The notes: generated from the sequence alone by a model not told the origin. Positions 9,488-19,309 are shown, counted from the stretch's first letter. The stretch: DNA of 64,000 bases from Spirochaetia bacterium (GCA_963668315.1 OY764216.1:3456001-3520000), one strand, 5' to 3'. Program-made: numbers and translations.

Positions 9488-11853
9488 CCGAAAGAATTGC
9501 CCGTCTGCGGGAACTCAGTTTTCATACGCCCGTTACCATAGATCCGGAAAGGGCCCTTATCGTTACCAGGCATTACAGGGAGAATCTGGGGAAGGATTCC
9601 CTTCCCGTTCTCCGTGCGAAAATGTTCAAGGCCCTTTGTCTGGAAAAAACGATCTACCTGGGAGAGGACGAGCTGATTGTGGGAGAGCGGGGATCTTCGC
9701 CCAAGGCGGTTCCCACCTATCCCGAGCTGACATGCCATTCCATGGAAGATCTCACCCTTCTTAACGGCCGGGATACCAACCCCTATCTGGTTTCCGAGGA
9801 GTGCTTCCGGCTCTATGAAGAGGAAATTATCCCCTTCTGGCAAGGCCGGACCATGAAGGAGAAGATCTTCCAGGTCCTGGAACCGTCCTGGCAGGACGCT
9901 TACGAGGCGGGTATTTTTACCGAATTTATGGAACAGAGAGCCCCCGGACATACCACACTGGACGGGAAGTTCTATGTGAAGGGGATGGCCGGGTTTACGG
10001 AGGATATCCTCCATGAAATCGATAGGATCGATTACAGCCGTCCCGATAGCCTGGAGAGAAAGGATGAGCTTGAAGCCATGCTTATCTCCTGTGAGGCGGT
10101 TATTCTCTTCTCCCGCAGGCATGCGGCTCTGGCTACGGAAAAGGCGGCGGAGGCTCGGGAGAGGGGAGATAAGGCCCGGGTGGACGAACTGGAGGAGATC
10201 GCCGCCGTCTGTTCCCGCGTCCCTGAAAACGCACCGGAAACCTTCCATGAGGCCCTTCAGATGTACTGGTGGATGCATCTGGGCACCATAACCGAGCTTA
10301 ACGGCTGGGACGCCATGAATCCGGGCCATCTCGACCGGTATTTCTACCCCTTTTACAAAAGGGATCTGGAAAGGGGAATCCTGACGAAGGAAAAAGCCCG
10401 GGAACTTCTCTCGGCCTTCTGGATTAAATTCAACAATCATCCCGCCCCTCCCAAAGTCGGCGTGACAGCCAAGGAGAGCGGGACATACAACGATTTTACC
10501 AACATTAACATGGGGGGTGTTCTGGCGGACGGCTCGGACGGGGTGAACGATATCTCCTATCTGATGCTCGAGGTCATGGAGGAGATACACCTGCTCCAGC
10601 CCCAGGGGAACATACAGCTTTCCCGGGTGAACAGCGACCGCTTTCTCAAGGCGGCCTGCCGTGTCATCCGCAAAGGCTACGGTTATCCCAGCATCTTTAA
10701 CTGCGACGGCCTGGTGGAACAGATGCTCCGGGCGGGCAAGGGGCTGGAAGACGCCCGGGACGGGGGAACCTCGGGATGCGTGGAAACGGGAGCCTTCGGC
10801 AAGGAAGCCTATATCCTCACGGGCTATTTCAATGTGCCCAAGATGCTGGAACTGGCCCTGAACAACGGAATCGATCCGGTAACCGGGAAAAAACTTGGCC
10901 CTGCCACAGGTGAGGCATCTTCCCTGAATTCCTTTGACAAACTATATGAAGCCTTTGAAAGGCAGCTGGATCACTTTATCGGAATAAAGTATCAAGGCAA
11001 TCTGGCCATTGAAGCTCTCTTCGCCCGGTACGCGCCGGCGCCTTTTCTTTCCGTACTGGTGGACGACTGCATCAGAAAAGGCAGGGACTATAATGCCGGC
11101 GGTGCCCGGTATAATACGAACTACATACAGTGCGTCGGAATCGGCAGCATCACCGATGCCCTTTCCGCCGTGAAAACCCATGTCTTCACCGACGGGGAGG
11201 GGGGGGACCTCTCATCCCTGATCCGAATGCTTAACAGCGACTGGGAGGGCCATGAGGAGAAACGTCTCGTTTACAGCCGCAGGACCCCCCGTTACGGGAA
11301 TGATGACGACCGGGCTGACGATCTGATGAAGAGGGTTTTTCACTCCCTCTACAAGTCCATAGACGGACGGAAGAATTTGAGGGGAGGCGAGTATCATGTG
11401 GATATGCTTCCCACCACATGCCATATCTATTTCGGGGAGAAAACCGGTGCGACCGCCGACGGAAGGTTTGCCGGTGAACCCCTCTCCGAGGGGATCTCTC
11501 CCGTACAGGGAGCCGACAGGGAAGGGCCCACCGCCGTGGTCAGATCCTGCGGGAAAATGGATCAGGCCCTGACAGGGGGAACCCTTCTGAATATGAAGCT
11601 GCTTCCCGATCTGATCAAGGATGAGGAGGGTATCGATAAGATGGCCCGCCTGGTCAGAACCTACTTCCGTTACGGGGGGCATCATATTCAGTTCAACGTG
11701 GTCAGCCGGGATACCCTCCTGGATGCCAAAGCCCATCCGGAGAAGTATGCCGATCTGATCGTGAGGGTCGCCGGATACAGCGACTACTTCTGCGATATCG
11801 GCCAGGCCCTGCAGGATGAAATCATCAACAGAACATCGCAGGAAAAGATTTGA
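9484..11853 (+). CDS. hypD: Glycyl radical enzyme, trans-4-hydroxy-L-proline dehydratase
   Basis: 789 aa. EFMEQRAPGHT, PAPPKVGVTAKESGTYNDF, the GTSGCVE Cys loop and the RVAGYS Gly loop match my recollection of C. difficile HypD. Confidence 0.88.
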   Translation: MTERIARLRELSFHTPVTIDPERALIVTRHYRENLGKDSLPVLRAKMFKALCLEKTIYLGEDELIVGERGSSPKAVPTYPELTCHSMEDLTLLNGRDTNPYLVSEECFRLYEEEIIPFWQGRTMKEKIFQVLEPSWQDAYEAGIFTEFMEQRAPGHTTLDGKFYVKGMAGFTEDILHEIDRIDYSRPDSLERKDELEAMLISCEAVILFSRRHAALATEKAAEARERGDKARVDELEEIAAVCSRVPENAPETFHEALQMYWWMHLGTITELNGWDAMNPGHLDRYFYPFYKRDLERGILTKEKARELLSAFWIKFNNHPAPPKVGVTAKESGTYNDFTNINMGGVLADGSDGVNDISYLMLEVMEEIHLLQPQGNIQLSRVNSDRFLKAACRVIRKGYGYPSIFNCDGLVEQMLRAGKGLEDARDGGTSGCVETGAFGKEAYILTGYFNVPKMLELALNNGIDPVTGKKLGPATGEASSLNSFDKLYEAFERQLDHFIGIKYQGNLAIEALFARYAPAPFLSVLVDDCIRKGRDYNAGGARYNTNYIQCVGIGSITDALSAVKTHVFTDGEGGDLSSLIRMLNSDWEGHEEKRLVYSRRTPRYGNDDDRADDLMKRVFHSLYKSIDGRKNLRGGEYHVDMLPTTCHIYFGEKTGATADGRFAGEPLSEGISPVQGADREGPTAVVRSCGKMDQALTGGTLLNMKLLPDLIKDEEGIDKMARLVRTYFRYGGHHIQFNVVSRDTLLDAKAHPEKYADLIVRVAGYSDYFCDIGQALQDEIINRTSQEKI

Positions 11854-11869
11854 TCTTTAAAGGAAAGAG

Positions 11870-11914
11870 AACGGGAGGCTTAGTTGGTACGCGGCTAAGC
11901 CTCCCGTTTTTTTT
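11870..11914. terminator. Intrinsic, probably bidirectional, terminator between hypD and umuC
   Basis: AACGGGAGGCTTAG-loop-CTAAGCCTCCCGTT followed by a T-run. Confidence 0.85.
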
Positions 11915-13178
11915 ATTCGGCCTGAACCAGAGGGATTTCCCTCCAGCGGGTCGTATAACAGGGCGAGAGGTAGTCTCTGTTCATCAGATCCGATTTGTCC
12001 TTAAGGCCGGTGGCCGCACTTTGGAGAGACATTTTTCCGAATTTTCCGATGAGTTCCTGCTGAGCCAGATCCATCTTCCTTTTCTTCTCCTCCCGTTTTC
12101 TCTCTTCCTCGGGGAAGAAAAGATCTTCCGAGGGGGATTTCCACGGCTCCAGTCCTCCCAGGTTGACCGCTGTCCGGTTATAGGGGGTCCCGGGAAGGTA
12201 GATCTCTTCGGCCGCCCGGACAGCGGCTTTTATGATATCCGGCGGGTACGCCAGGGGTTTATCGAGGGATAGGCCCCTGTAGGCATGGCGGAAATTCTCC
12301 TTGAAGCGGTTGGTGTTCATACTCACCGCCACCAGGGAGCAGACCGCCTTCTCCCCGGCCAGTTTGCGCGAGGCGGAGAGGGCGTGGCGGGCCACCGCCT
12401 CCCTGACGTCCGCCCAGGCGGCCAGGGGCTTTTTGGTGGTGATGCCGCTGACGATCTCCTTCCGGGGAGGCGGGGCCAGCTCGGCGGAGATCATCGGCTT
12501 TCCCCGCAGTTCCCATACCGTATAGAGGGTGACCACGGTCAGGTTTTTCTTCACCCACCAGTCCTCCTGCCGGGCCAGGTCCCAGGCTGTCTCGATTCCC
12601 TGAGACCGGAGAAATTCCCCCTTGCGCCGGCCGATGCCCCAGACGGAGGAGGCCGGTGTCCGGCGGAGAATCTCCTCTTCCCTTTCCCCGGTCATGATAA
12701 AGAGCCCTTCCGTGTTCTTGCTGTACCGTTCGGCCATTTTCGCCAGCGTTTTGGTGCGCCCTATGCCGATAGAGACGGGGATGCCGGTGCACCGTTCCAC
12801 CTCTTCCTTGAGGGAGGTTATGAGTTTTCCGATCCCCCGGACGGACTCTTCCTCCGGGAAAAAAAGGAAGGCCTCGTCTATGGAGTAGACTTCCAGGGCG
12901 GGAACCTGTCTTCTTACCGTATCCATGATGCGGTTGGAAATATCCTGATAGAGGGCGTAGTTGGAGGAGAATACGGCGGTATTCAGTTTTTCCAGAAAGG
13001 CCCGGTTCTGGTGGTAGGGCGCCCCCCGGGCGATGCCCAGTTTTTTCGCCTCTCCCGACTGGGCGACGATGCAGCCGTCGTTATTGCTCAGCACCACGAT
13101 GGGCCGCCCTTTCAGGTCGGGACGGAAGATCCGCTCGCAGGAGGCGTAGAAGCTGTTGCAGTCGATGAGCCCTACCAT
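11913..13178 (-). CDS. umuC: Y-family DNA polymerase V subunit UmuC
   Basis: DCNSFYASCE, VLSNNDGC, YSIDEAF and C-terminal LSPCYTTRW motifs. Confidence 0.93.
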   Translation of the reverse strand: MVGLIDCNSFYASCERIFRPDLKGRPIVVLSNNDGCIVAQSGEAKKLGIARGAPYHQNRAFLEKLNTAVFSSNYALYQDISNRIMDTVRRQVPALEVYSIDEAFLFFPEEESVRGIGKLITSLKEEVERCTGIPVSIGIGRTKTLAKMAERYSKNTEGLFIMTGEREEEILRRTPASSVWGIGRRKGEFLRSQGIETAWDLARQEDWWVKKNLTVVTLYTVWELRGKPMISAELAPPPRKEIVSGITTKKPLAAWADVREAVARHALSASRKLAGEKAVCSLVAVSMNTNRFKENFRHAYRGLSLDKPLAYPPDIIKAAVRAAEEIYLPGTPYNRTAVNLGGLEPWKSPSEDLFFPEEERKREEKKRKMDLAQQELIGKFGKMSLQSAATGLKDKSDLMNRDYLSPCYTTRWREIPLVQAE

Positions 13179-13660
13179 GCCTCTTCTCCCCGGGAGGTTT
13201 TCCCTCCCGGCTGGGACCGGAAGGATTTGAGGCAGTAGGTCACCACGCCGAAGCAGAAGAGCTCCTCCTCCCCCCTGAGCTCGATATCCTCGTAGTCTAT
13301 ATTGGCCGCTTTCAGTACGACCTTTCCCCCTCCGGGGCGGGACAGGGTTTTGACGGTAAAGCTCCCGTCCAGGGCCGCCACGATCACATCGCCGTCCCGG
13401 GGAAAGAGGGAGCGGTCCACCACGAGGATGTCTCCCGGGGAAATCCCCTTGCCCTCCATGGAGTGGCCCGAGACGCGCAGACAGTAGGTGGCGCTTTTGT
13501 TGCCTACCAGGAGTTCATTGAAATCCAGCCCGTCCTCTTTGTAGTCCGCCGCGGGCGAGGGGAAGCCGCACTTGACCGATTCGGCGAAAAGGGGCACCGA
13601 CAGAAAGGGGCCGTCGGGGGGCGTTTGTATTTTTTTCATGAGAATTTTTCTATCTGTCAT
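13172..13660 (-). CDS. umuD: UmuD (S24 autopeptidase), polymerase V subunit
   Basis: CGFPSP cleavage site, VSGHSM catalytic Ser and TVK catalytic Lys; overlaps the umuC start. Confidence 0.9.
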   Translation of the reverse strand: MTDRKILMKKIQTPPDGPFLSVPLFAESVKCGFPSPAADYKEDGLDFNELLVGNKSATYCLRVSGHSMEGKGISPGDILVVDRSLFPRDGDVIVAALDGSFTVKTLSRPGGGKVVLKAANIDYEDIELRGEEELFCFGVVTYCLKSFRSQPGGKTSRGEEAW

Positions 13661-13697
13661 ACTATACAAATGTAAGGTATGTGATTCGGGAAGTCAA
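13658..13697 (-). promoter_or_regulatory. umuDC promoter with an overlapping palindromic operator candidate
   Basis: Minus strand TTGACT-N17-TACATT; imperfect palindrome CATACtaTACAaaTGTAagGTATG at 13658-13681. Confidence 0.55.
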
Positions 13698-13699
13698 GA

Positions 13700-13839
13700 G
13701 GGAAGGAGCCGAAAGGACAAGGGATCGGAGGGGGCGGAGCCGACGCCGGAGGCGGCCGGAGCGGAGCGCAGCCCGGAGCAGCCCGGTGGCGGCCGACGGA
13801 GGAGGGCGGCATGGCCCCGAAACAGGGCGGCGACCCTTG
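13700..13839. repeat. GC-rich structured intergenic element (REP/MITE-like or structured RNA)
   Basis: Strong G/A bias with repeated GGAGC/CGGAG units, imperfect terminal inverted repeats CAAGGGATCG...CGACCCTTG, and an internal GCCC-cgaaaca-GGGC hairpin. Confidence 0.35.
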
Positions 13840-13865
13840 CACCATTTCTTTGAATCCATTAAAAT
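13837..13865 (+). promoter_or_regulatory. sigma70-like promoter of ileS
   Basis: TTGCAC-N17-TAAAAT. Confidence 0.55.
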
Positions 13866-13907
13866 ATCCAGACAATATTTTTACCCGAGTGGGTTAAGAG
13901 GAACAAG

Positions 13908-16900
13908 ATGTACAAAACGGTTGATCCCAGAGTGAATTTTCCTGCCATGGAAGAGTCCATACTAAAATTCTGGGAAGAAGAGAAGATTTTTGAGAAATCC
14001 CTGGAGACACGAAAGGGGAGCGAGGACTTTGTCTTTTACGACGGCCCTCCCTTTGCGACCGGACTGCCCCATTACGGGCATATTCTGGCGGGGACCATCA
14101 AGGATGTGATCCCCCGTTATCAGACTATGAAGGGAAAGCACGTTTCCCGCCGTTTCGGATGGGACTGCCACGGCCTTCCCGTCGAGTATGAAATGGAAAA
14201 ACAGCTGGGCATCTCCGGTAAAACACAGATCGAAGAGTACGGCGTGGCCAACTTTAACGAGATGTGCCGCTCCATCGTCCTGCGCTATACGGGCGAATGG
14301 CGCGATATCATCACGAGGACGGGCCGGTGGGTCGACTTCGATCACGACTACAAGACCATGGAGCCCGATTACATGGAGTCCATCTGGTGGGTTGTGAAGA
14401 GCCTCTGGGAGAAGGGCCTGATCTACGAAGGCCACTATATCCTGCCTTACTGCCCCCGCTGTTCCACCGTACTGAGCAACCACGAGCTGAATCTGGGCGG
14501 ATACAAGGAAGTACACGATCCGGCCATTACCATACGTTTTAAAGTGAAGGGCACCGAAGACACCTATCTTCTGGCCTGGACAACGACTCCCTGGACGCTG
14601 CCTTCCAACCTGGCCGTCTGTATGGGGCCGGATATCGATTACGTGAAGGTCAAGGACGGGGACGAGTTCTATATCCTGGCCGAATCCCGCCTGGCCGCCT
14701 ACTATAAGGACGAAAACGCCTACGAGATCGTCGAGAAGAAGAAGGGTTCCGAATGGCTGGGCATGAAGTACGAGCCTTTGTTCGACTACTTCGCCGACCG
14801 GGAAGAGCAGGGCGCCTTCCAGGTCTACACCGGCGACCACGTCACAACCGAAGACGGTACGGGCATCGTCCATACCGCCTCCGGCTTCGGTGAGGAGGAC
14901 TACGAAGTCCTGCGTAACACCGAGGTGGAGCCCGCCTGCCCCATAGACGGGGAGTGCCGCTTTACCGCCGAGGTCCCCGACTACCAGGGCCGCTTCGTCA
15001 AGGACTGCGACAAGGATATCATCAACCGCCTCAAGGACGAGGGCAAGCTGGTCAAGAGGGATCAGCTCCTTCACCCCTATCCCCACTGCTGGCGCTGTGA
15101 ATCCCCCCTCATCTACCGGGCCGTCGGTTCCTGGTTCGTGAAAATCGATCCGATCAAGAAGAAGATGATCGACTCGAACAATACGATCCGCTGGGTGCCG
15201 GACCACCTGCAGCAGGGACGCTTCGGCAAGTGGCTGGAGGGCGCCCGGGACTGGGCCATCTCCCGTAACCGCTACTGGGGCAACCCGATCCCCATCTGGT
15301 CCTGTCCCGACTGCGGCGAGAAGGCCTGTATCGGAAGCCGGGCCGAGCTGGAAGAGCTTTCCGGCGTGAAGCTGAACGACCTGCACAAGCATTTCGTGGA
15401 CGAGGTGGAGATCCCCTGTTCCTGCGGCGGCAAAATGAAACGGGTCCCCGAAGTTCTGGACTGCTGGTTCGAGTCGGGCTCCATGCCCTACGCCCAGGTC
15501 CATTACCCCTTTGAGAACAAGGAGTGGTTCGAGGCGAATTTCCCGGCCAACTTCATCGCCGAAGGTCTGGACCAGACCCGGGGCTGGTTCTATACGCTGA
15601 CGATCCTGGCGGCGGCCCTGTTCGACGGGCCGGCCTTCCGGAACGTCATCGTCAACGGGCTGATCCTGGCCGAGGACGGCAAGAAAATGTCCAAGTCCCT
15701 CAGGAACTTCACCGACCCCATGGAGATCATCAATGAGTTCTCCGCCGACGCCATGCGCCTCTACCTGATGAACTCCGCCGCGGTCAAGGCCGAATCTCTC
15801 CGCTTCTCCGACGAAGGGGTCAGGGACGTTCTCAAGGGCATCATCATCCCCCTGTGGAACGCCTACAGCTTTTTCGTCACCTACGCCAATATCGACGGCT
15901 GCACCATCACGGAAGCGGTGACGAATCCCGATAATCCCCTGGACAAATGGCTCCTCTCCGAAACGGAGAAGCTCGTGGCCAACGCCACGGAACAGCTCGA
16001 CGCCTATGACCTGCAGAGGACCATCGACCCGATCGTGGCTTTTATCGACTCCCTGAACAACTGGTATATCCGCCGTTCAAGAAGACGTTTCTGGAAGAGC
16101 GAGAACGACGGGGACAAGGATCAGGCCTATAAGACCCTCTGGCACGCTTTGATTACTCTGGTGAAAGTGGCGGCTCCCTTTATTCCCTTCGTGACCGAAG
16201 AGATCTACAGAAACCTGAAAACCGAGGATATGCCCGAATCGGTCCATCTGGCCCAGTGGCCCGTGGCCGCCGAGGAGAGGCGTGATATCGAGCTGGAAAG
16301 AAAGATGGAACTGACCCGTCAGGCCGTGTCCATGGGCCGGGCCCTCCGGACCCAGCACAAGCTCAAGACCCGCCAGCCCCTGAAGGCCCTTCATCTGGTG
16401 ACCAGAGACAAGGCGGAGAAGACGATTCTCTACGAAATGAGCGAAATCATTGCCGAAGAGCTGAACGTCAAGGAAGTGATCTTCCGTGAGAACGAAGAGG
16501 ATCTGGTCGAATACAACGCCAAGGCGAATTTCAAGGTGCTCGGCCGGGAGCTGGGCAAGGATATGAAAGCCGCCGCCGCCCGCATCGAGCAGCTCTCCGT
16601 TTCGGAGATCACCAGCCTGATGGAAGGGGCCACCCTGAACATCGAGTTTGACGGAAAGGATAAGACGACCCTTGACCTGAACAGCGATTCCATCGTGATC
16701 CAGAGGTCGGAGAAAGAGGGACTCAAGGTCCTGAACGAAGGCTCCCTGACCGTGGCACTCGATCCGGAAATCACCGATGAGCTTCTGAAGGAAGGTATCG
16801 TCCGGGATATCGTGCGGGCCGTTCAGAATCTCAGGAAGGAGTCCGACCTGGATGTGCAGGACAGGATCAATCTGACCCTTATCGGTTCCGATACGGTGAA

Positions 16901-17036
16901 GGATGCGGTGGTCGATTTTGAAGACTACCTGATGCAGGAAACCCTTACCGCCTCCTGGTCCTGGGAAGAGCCCGTTTCCGCCATAGAAGCGGCCGCCGGC
17001 GACGAGAGCGTGAAAATCGGTCTGGCGAAAGCCTAA
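13908..17036 (+). CDS. ileS: Isoleucine--tRNA ligase (long, type 2)
   Basis: DGPPFATGLPHYGH (HIGH), WTTTPWTLPSN, EGLDQTRGWFY and KMSKS motifs; 1042 aa with a long C-terminal domain. Confidence 0.97.
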   Translation: MYKTVDPRVNFPAMEESILKFWEEEKIFEKSLETRKGSEDFVFYDGPPFATGLPHYGHILAGTIKDVIPRYQTMKGKHVSRRFGWDCHGLPVEYEMEKQLGISGKTQIEEYGVANFNEMCRSIVLRYTGEWRDIITRTGRWVDFDHDYKTMEPDYMESIWWVVKSLWEKGLIYEGHYILPYCPRCSTVLSNHELNLGGYKEVHDPAITIRFKVKGTEDTYLLAWTTTPWTLPSNLAVCMGPDIDYVKVKDGDEFYILAESRLAAYYKDENAYEIVEKKKGSEWLGMKYEPLFDYFADREEQGAFQVYTGDHVTTEDGTGIVHTASGFGEEDYEVLRNTEVEPACPIDGECRFTAEVPDYQGRFVKDCDKDIINRLKDEGKLVKRDQLLHPYPHCWRCESPLIYRAVGSWFVKIDPIKKKMIDSNNTIRWVPDHLQQGRFGKWLEGARDWAISRNRYWGNPIPIWSCPDCGEKACIGSRAELEELSGVKLNDLHKHFVDEVEIPCSCGGKMKRVPEVLDCWFESGSMPYAQVHYPFENKEWFEANFPANFIAEGLDQTRGWFYTLTILAAALFDGPAFRNVIVNGLILAEDGKKMSKSLRNFTDPMEIINEFSADAMRLYLMNSAAVKAESLRFSDEGVRDVLKGIIIPLWNAYSFFVTYANIDGCTITEAVTNPDNPLDKWLLSETEKLVANATEQLDAYDLQRTIDPIVAFIDSLNNWYIRRSRRRFWKSENDGDKDQAYKTLWHALITLVKVAAPFIPFVTEEIYRNLKTEDMPESVHLAQWPVAAEERRDIELERKMELTRQAVSMGRALRTQHKLKTRQPLKALHLVTRDKAEKTILYEMSEIIAEELNVKEVIFRENEEDLVEYNAKANFKVLGRELGKDMKAAAARIEQLSVSEITSLMEGATLNIEFDGKDKTTLDLNSDSIVIQRSEKEGLKVLNEGSLTVALDPEITDELLKEGIVRDIVRAVQNLRKESDLDVQDRINLTLIGSDTVKDAVVDFEDYLMQETLTASWSWEEPVSAIEAAAGDESVKIGLAKA

Positions 17037-17042
17037 GGCCTC

Positions 17043-17074
17043 CGGCCGGGCGGATCTCAGGATCCGCCCAGCCG
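17043..17074. terminator. Hairpin between the convergent ileS and AraC genes
   Basis: CGGCCGGGCGGATC-tcag-GATCCGCCCAGCCG. Confidence 0.55.
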
Positions 17075-19309
17075 TTCCTTTGTCCGGTATTCACCGGGCG
17101 TCATCTTTTCAAATTTTCTGAAATACCGCTGGAAACTCTGTATGTTGTTGTAGCCGACTTCCTCCGCTATGGCCGAGAGGGACTCGTTATTCTCACGGAG
17201 CATCTCTTTGGCCTTTTCAATACGTATTCCGTTCAGATAATCGAGTATATTCAGACCGGTGGTCTCCTTGAAAACCCGGCTCAGGTAGGGGTAGCTGATA
17301 TTCAGGTGCTCCGACAGTATGGTCAGATTGATGTTTTCCCTGTGATGGGCATCGAGATAGTCCTTTACCTGGGAGCAGTAGTAGTTGTCATTGCTGCCTT
17401 TCTCTTCCACAAAGGTGAGGATGGCCAGGCAGAGCTGTCTCAGGGAATCTGTCAGCGAGGAGAGACTGTCTGCTTTTTCCGCCATCGGGGAAGAAAGGCC
17501 GGCGCCCCTTTCCCGTAACGGGAATTCCTTGCGGAGCAGGGTTAGCAGCCCTTTGAAATGGGTTTTGACCGCTTCCGGTTCTCCATAGGGAGGATCGGTG
17601 AACCGGGATGTCCATTCCGTGAGCAGGGGTTCCAGTTTCTCCCTTTCCCCGTGAAGCAGGAGCTTCACAAGGGGGGCTTCGAGAGCCTCCGGATAGGGAC
17701 AGGCGGATATGTCCCGTGAGGGGATCTCTCCGGAATCGACCAGTTTCTCTCTTATGCCGTAGAAGCGGCAGATCTCAAAGGCATGCTGTGCGTGGGTAAA
17801 GGTTTCAGGGATTATCTCCTTGTCCGTCCCAATGCGGCTCATGGCGGCGAAGGGGGAGATCTGAAATACTTCGGAGGCAAGGTTGTAGACTTTTTTTATC
17901 GTCTCCTTTACTTCTTCGGGGGTGCGGGCGAAGCAGAAGGCCGCGTATCTGTCGCGGGTGTAATCGAAGAAGAGTCCCTGTCCCAGCTTTCCCAGGTAGG
18001 TGTCCATGGATTCGATGGTCTTGTACCTGTCGTACTTGGACGGATCATCCCCTGCCTTCTTGCTGGTCGAATCCAGGATAAGGAAAGCGAAATAGGGAGC
18101 CTTTATGGAAAAGTTCACCGTCTCCAGCAGTGTCTTGAACTGGGCATAGGAGAATCTGCCGTCGATATAATCGATAAAATAACGGTTTCTGACGGTTTTT
18201 TCGTAAAGATGGACCCTGTCCTCCAGCAGGGCCTTATCCTCTGTCAGACGGCCGAAAATCTGCCTCATGAGAAGAAGCTCATCCTTCGTTTTCGTCTCGT
18301 CGTATTTGTATTCGTTAATGGCGAAATTCTTGATTTTTCCCAGAAGATCGTTAAAGGGGGAGTAGAGAATGTTGGACATGAGAAAAGAGAGGATGATCCC
18401 CAGCACGGTAAGGAGGGCGGAGATCAGGACCACGTAGTTAAGAAAAAAACGGGTGTTCCTGGTCAGCATCTTTCGGGGGATGGTCAGGACATGGCGGTAA
18501 TTGTTATTTTCCCTTACCAGATAGATAAGGCTGTGGTCCGTGTAATAGGAGAAATCCCTGTGAAAGTCCAGAGAGGAGAGGGGGGGGAGTATAGAATCCT
18601 CCGACGGACTCAGAAAAAGATTCCCCTCTTTGTCGGCAATCATGAACTGGACATCGTCAAAATGGTATTGTTCCATCAGCAGCCGGTATAGAGCCTCGTT
18701 GCCTATGTTTATGGCAATAATCTTTCCTTCGTCATTGCCAATGGCCAGGGTAATCACACGGCGGGGTGTCATGAAAATCCCCGAATTGTATATCTCCTTA
18801 TCGGAAAGGTCTGGATCGATGTTCCACCTCTGGGGAAGCCTTAGAACGGTAAAACCTTCGGAAAACCGGGAGAGCCACTGGGTGTCATAGAAATCCTTTC
18901 TCTCGTAATTCCCCGAAACGGAGGTTGCCATGGTATCCGATTCCCTGTCATAGACATAGATCGATTCAATAAAGGGAATCTTGATTTTCGTCCGCATGAG
19001 AGTGTCGTCTAGGTCCCTTATGTTCTGGATGTCTCCGCCGGGCCCCTGCAGCTTTTTAAAGACCCGTACGGCGTTATTCTCGGCGAGCTGGAGCAGTTCG
19101 CTTTCGGCGACCATGAACCGGTCCGAAGAATTATGGGTGAGATTGGTAAGGATGGACTGGTATTCTTCGAAGAAAGCCTGCTGTGATGTCCGCAGGAAAT
19201 TGACATAGAACATCAGACCGAAAATAATAACCGGGAAGAGGGTGAAGCAGAGAAAGGTAATGAGAAAGCGTAAATAGAGTGTGGCGTAACGTTCTTTGGT
19301 TCTAAACAT
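17057..19309 (-). CDS. Membrane-anchored AraC family regulator with an extracytoplasmic sensor domain
   Basis: Two TM helices flank a sensor domain; C-terminal AraC HTH (YLSRVFKETTG...IAEEVGYNNIQSFQRYFRK...TPGEYR). Start set at ATG 19309. Confidence 0.88.
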   Translation of the reverse strand: MFRTKERYATLYLRFLITFLCFTLFPVIIFGLMFYVNFLRTSQQAFFEEYQSILTNLTHNSSDRFMVAESELLQLAENNAVRVFKKLQGPGGDIQNIRDLDDTLMRTKIKIPFIESIYVYDRESDTMATSVSGNYERKDFYDTQWLSRFSEGFTVLRLPQRWNIDPDLSDKEIYNSGIFMTPRRVITLAIGNDEGKIIAINIGNEALYRLLMEQYHFDDVQFMIADKEGNLFLSPSEDSILPPLSSLDFHRDFSYYTDHSLIYLVRENNNYRHVLTIPRKMLTRNTRFFLNYVVLISALLTVLGIILSFLMSNILYSPFNDLLGKIKNFAINEYKYDETKTKDELLLMRQIFGRLTEDKALLEDRVHLYEKTVRNRYFIDYIDGRFSYAQFKTLLETVNFSIKAPYFAFLILDSTSKKAGDDPSKYDRYKTIESMDTYLGKLGQGLFFDYTRDRYAAFCFARTPEEVKETIKKVYNLASEVFQISPFAAMSRIGTDKEIIPETFTHAQHAFEICRFYGIREKLVDSGEIPSRDISACPYPEALEAPLVKLLLHGEREKLEPLLTEWTSRFTDPPYGEPEAVKTHFKGLLTLLRKEFPLRERGAGLSSPMAEKADSLSSLTDSLRQLCLAILTFVEEKGSNDNYYCSQVKDYLDAHHRENINLTILSEHLNISYPYLSRVFKETTGLNILDYLNGIRIEKAKEMLRENNESLSAIAEEVGYNNIQSFQRYFRKFEKMTPGEYRTKERLGGS

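Noticed and set aside
11850..12272. 140-aa ORF starting at the hypD stop
   Set aside because: It runs through the terminator and antisense into umuC.
11913..13660. umuDC as a marker of a prophage or ICE
   Set aside because: No integrase, att repeats, transposase or phage genes flank it.
13700..13907. Possible T-box leader upstream of ileS
   Set aside because: No GGTGG-ACC T-box sequence or terminator, and the likely promoter lies downstream of the GC-rich element.
13572..13935. Short Arg/Pro/Gly-rich ORFs in the umuD-ileS intergenic region
   Set aside because: Low-complexity products of the GC-rich element that overlap both promoters and have no RBS.
13962..15503. 513-aa minus-strand ORF (also 7198-8715, 3462-4991, 47477-48772 and 53241-54473)
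   Set aside because: Antisense frames of well-conserved genes, expected from codon bias.
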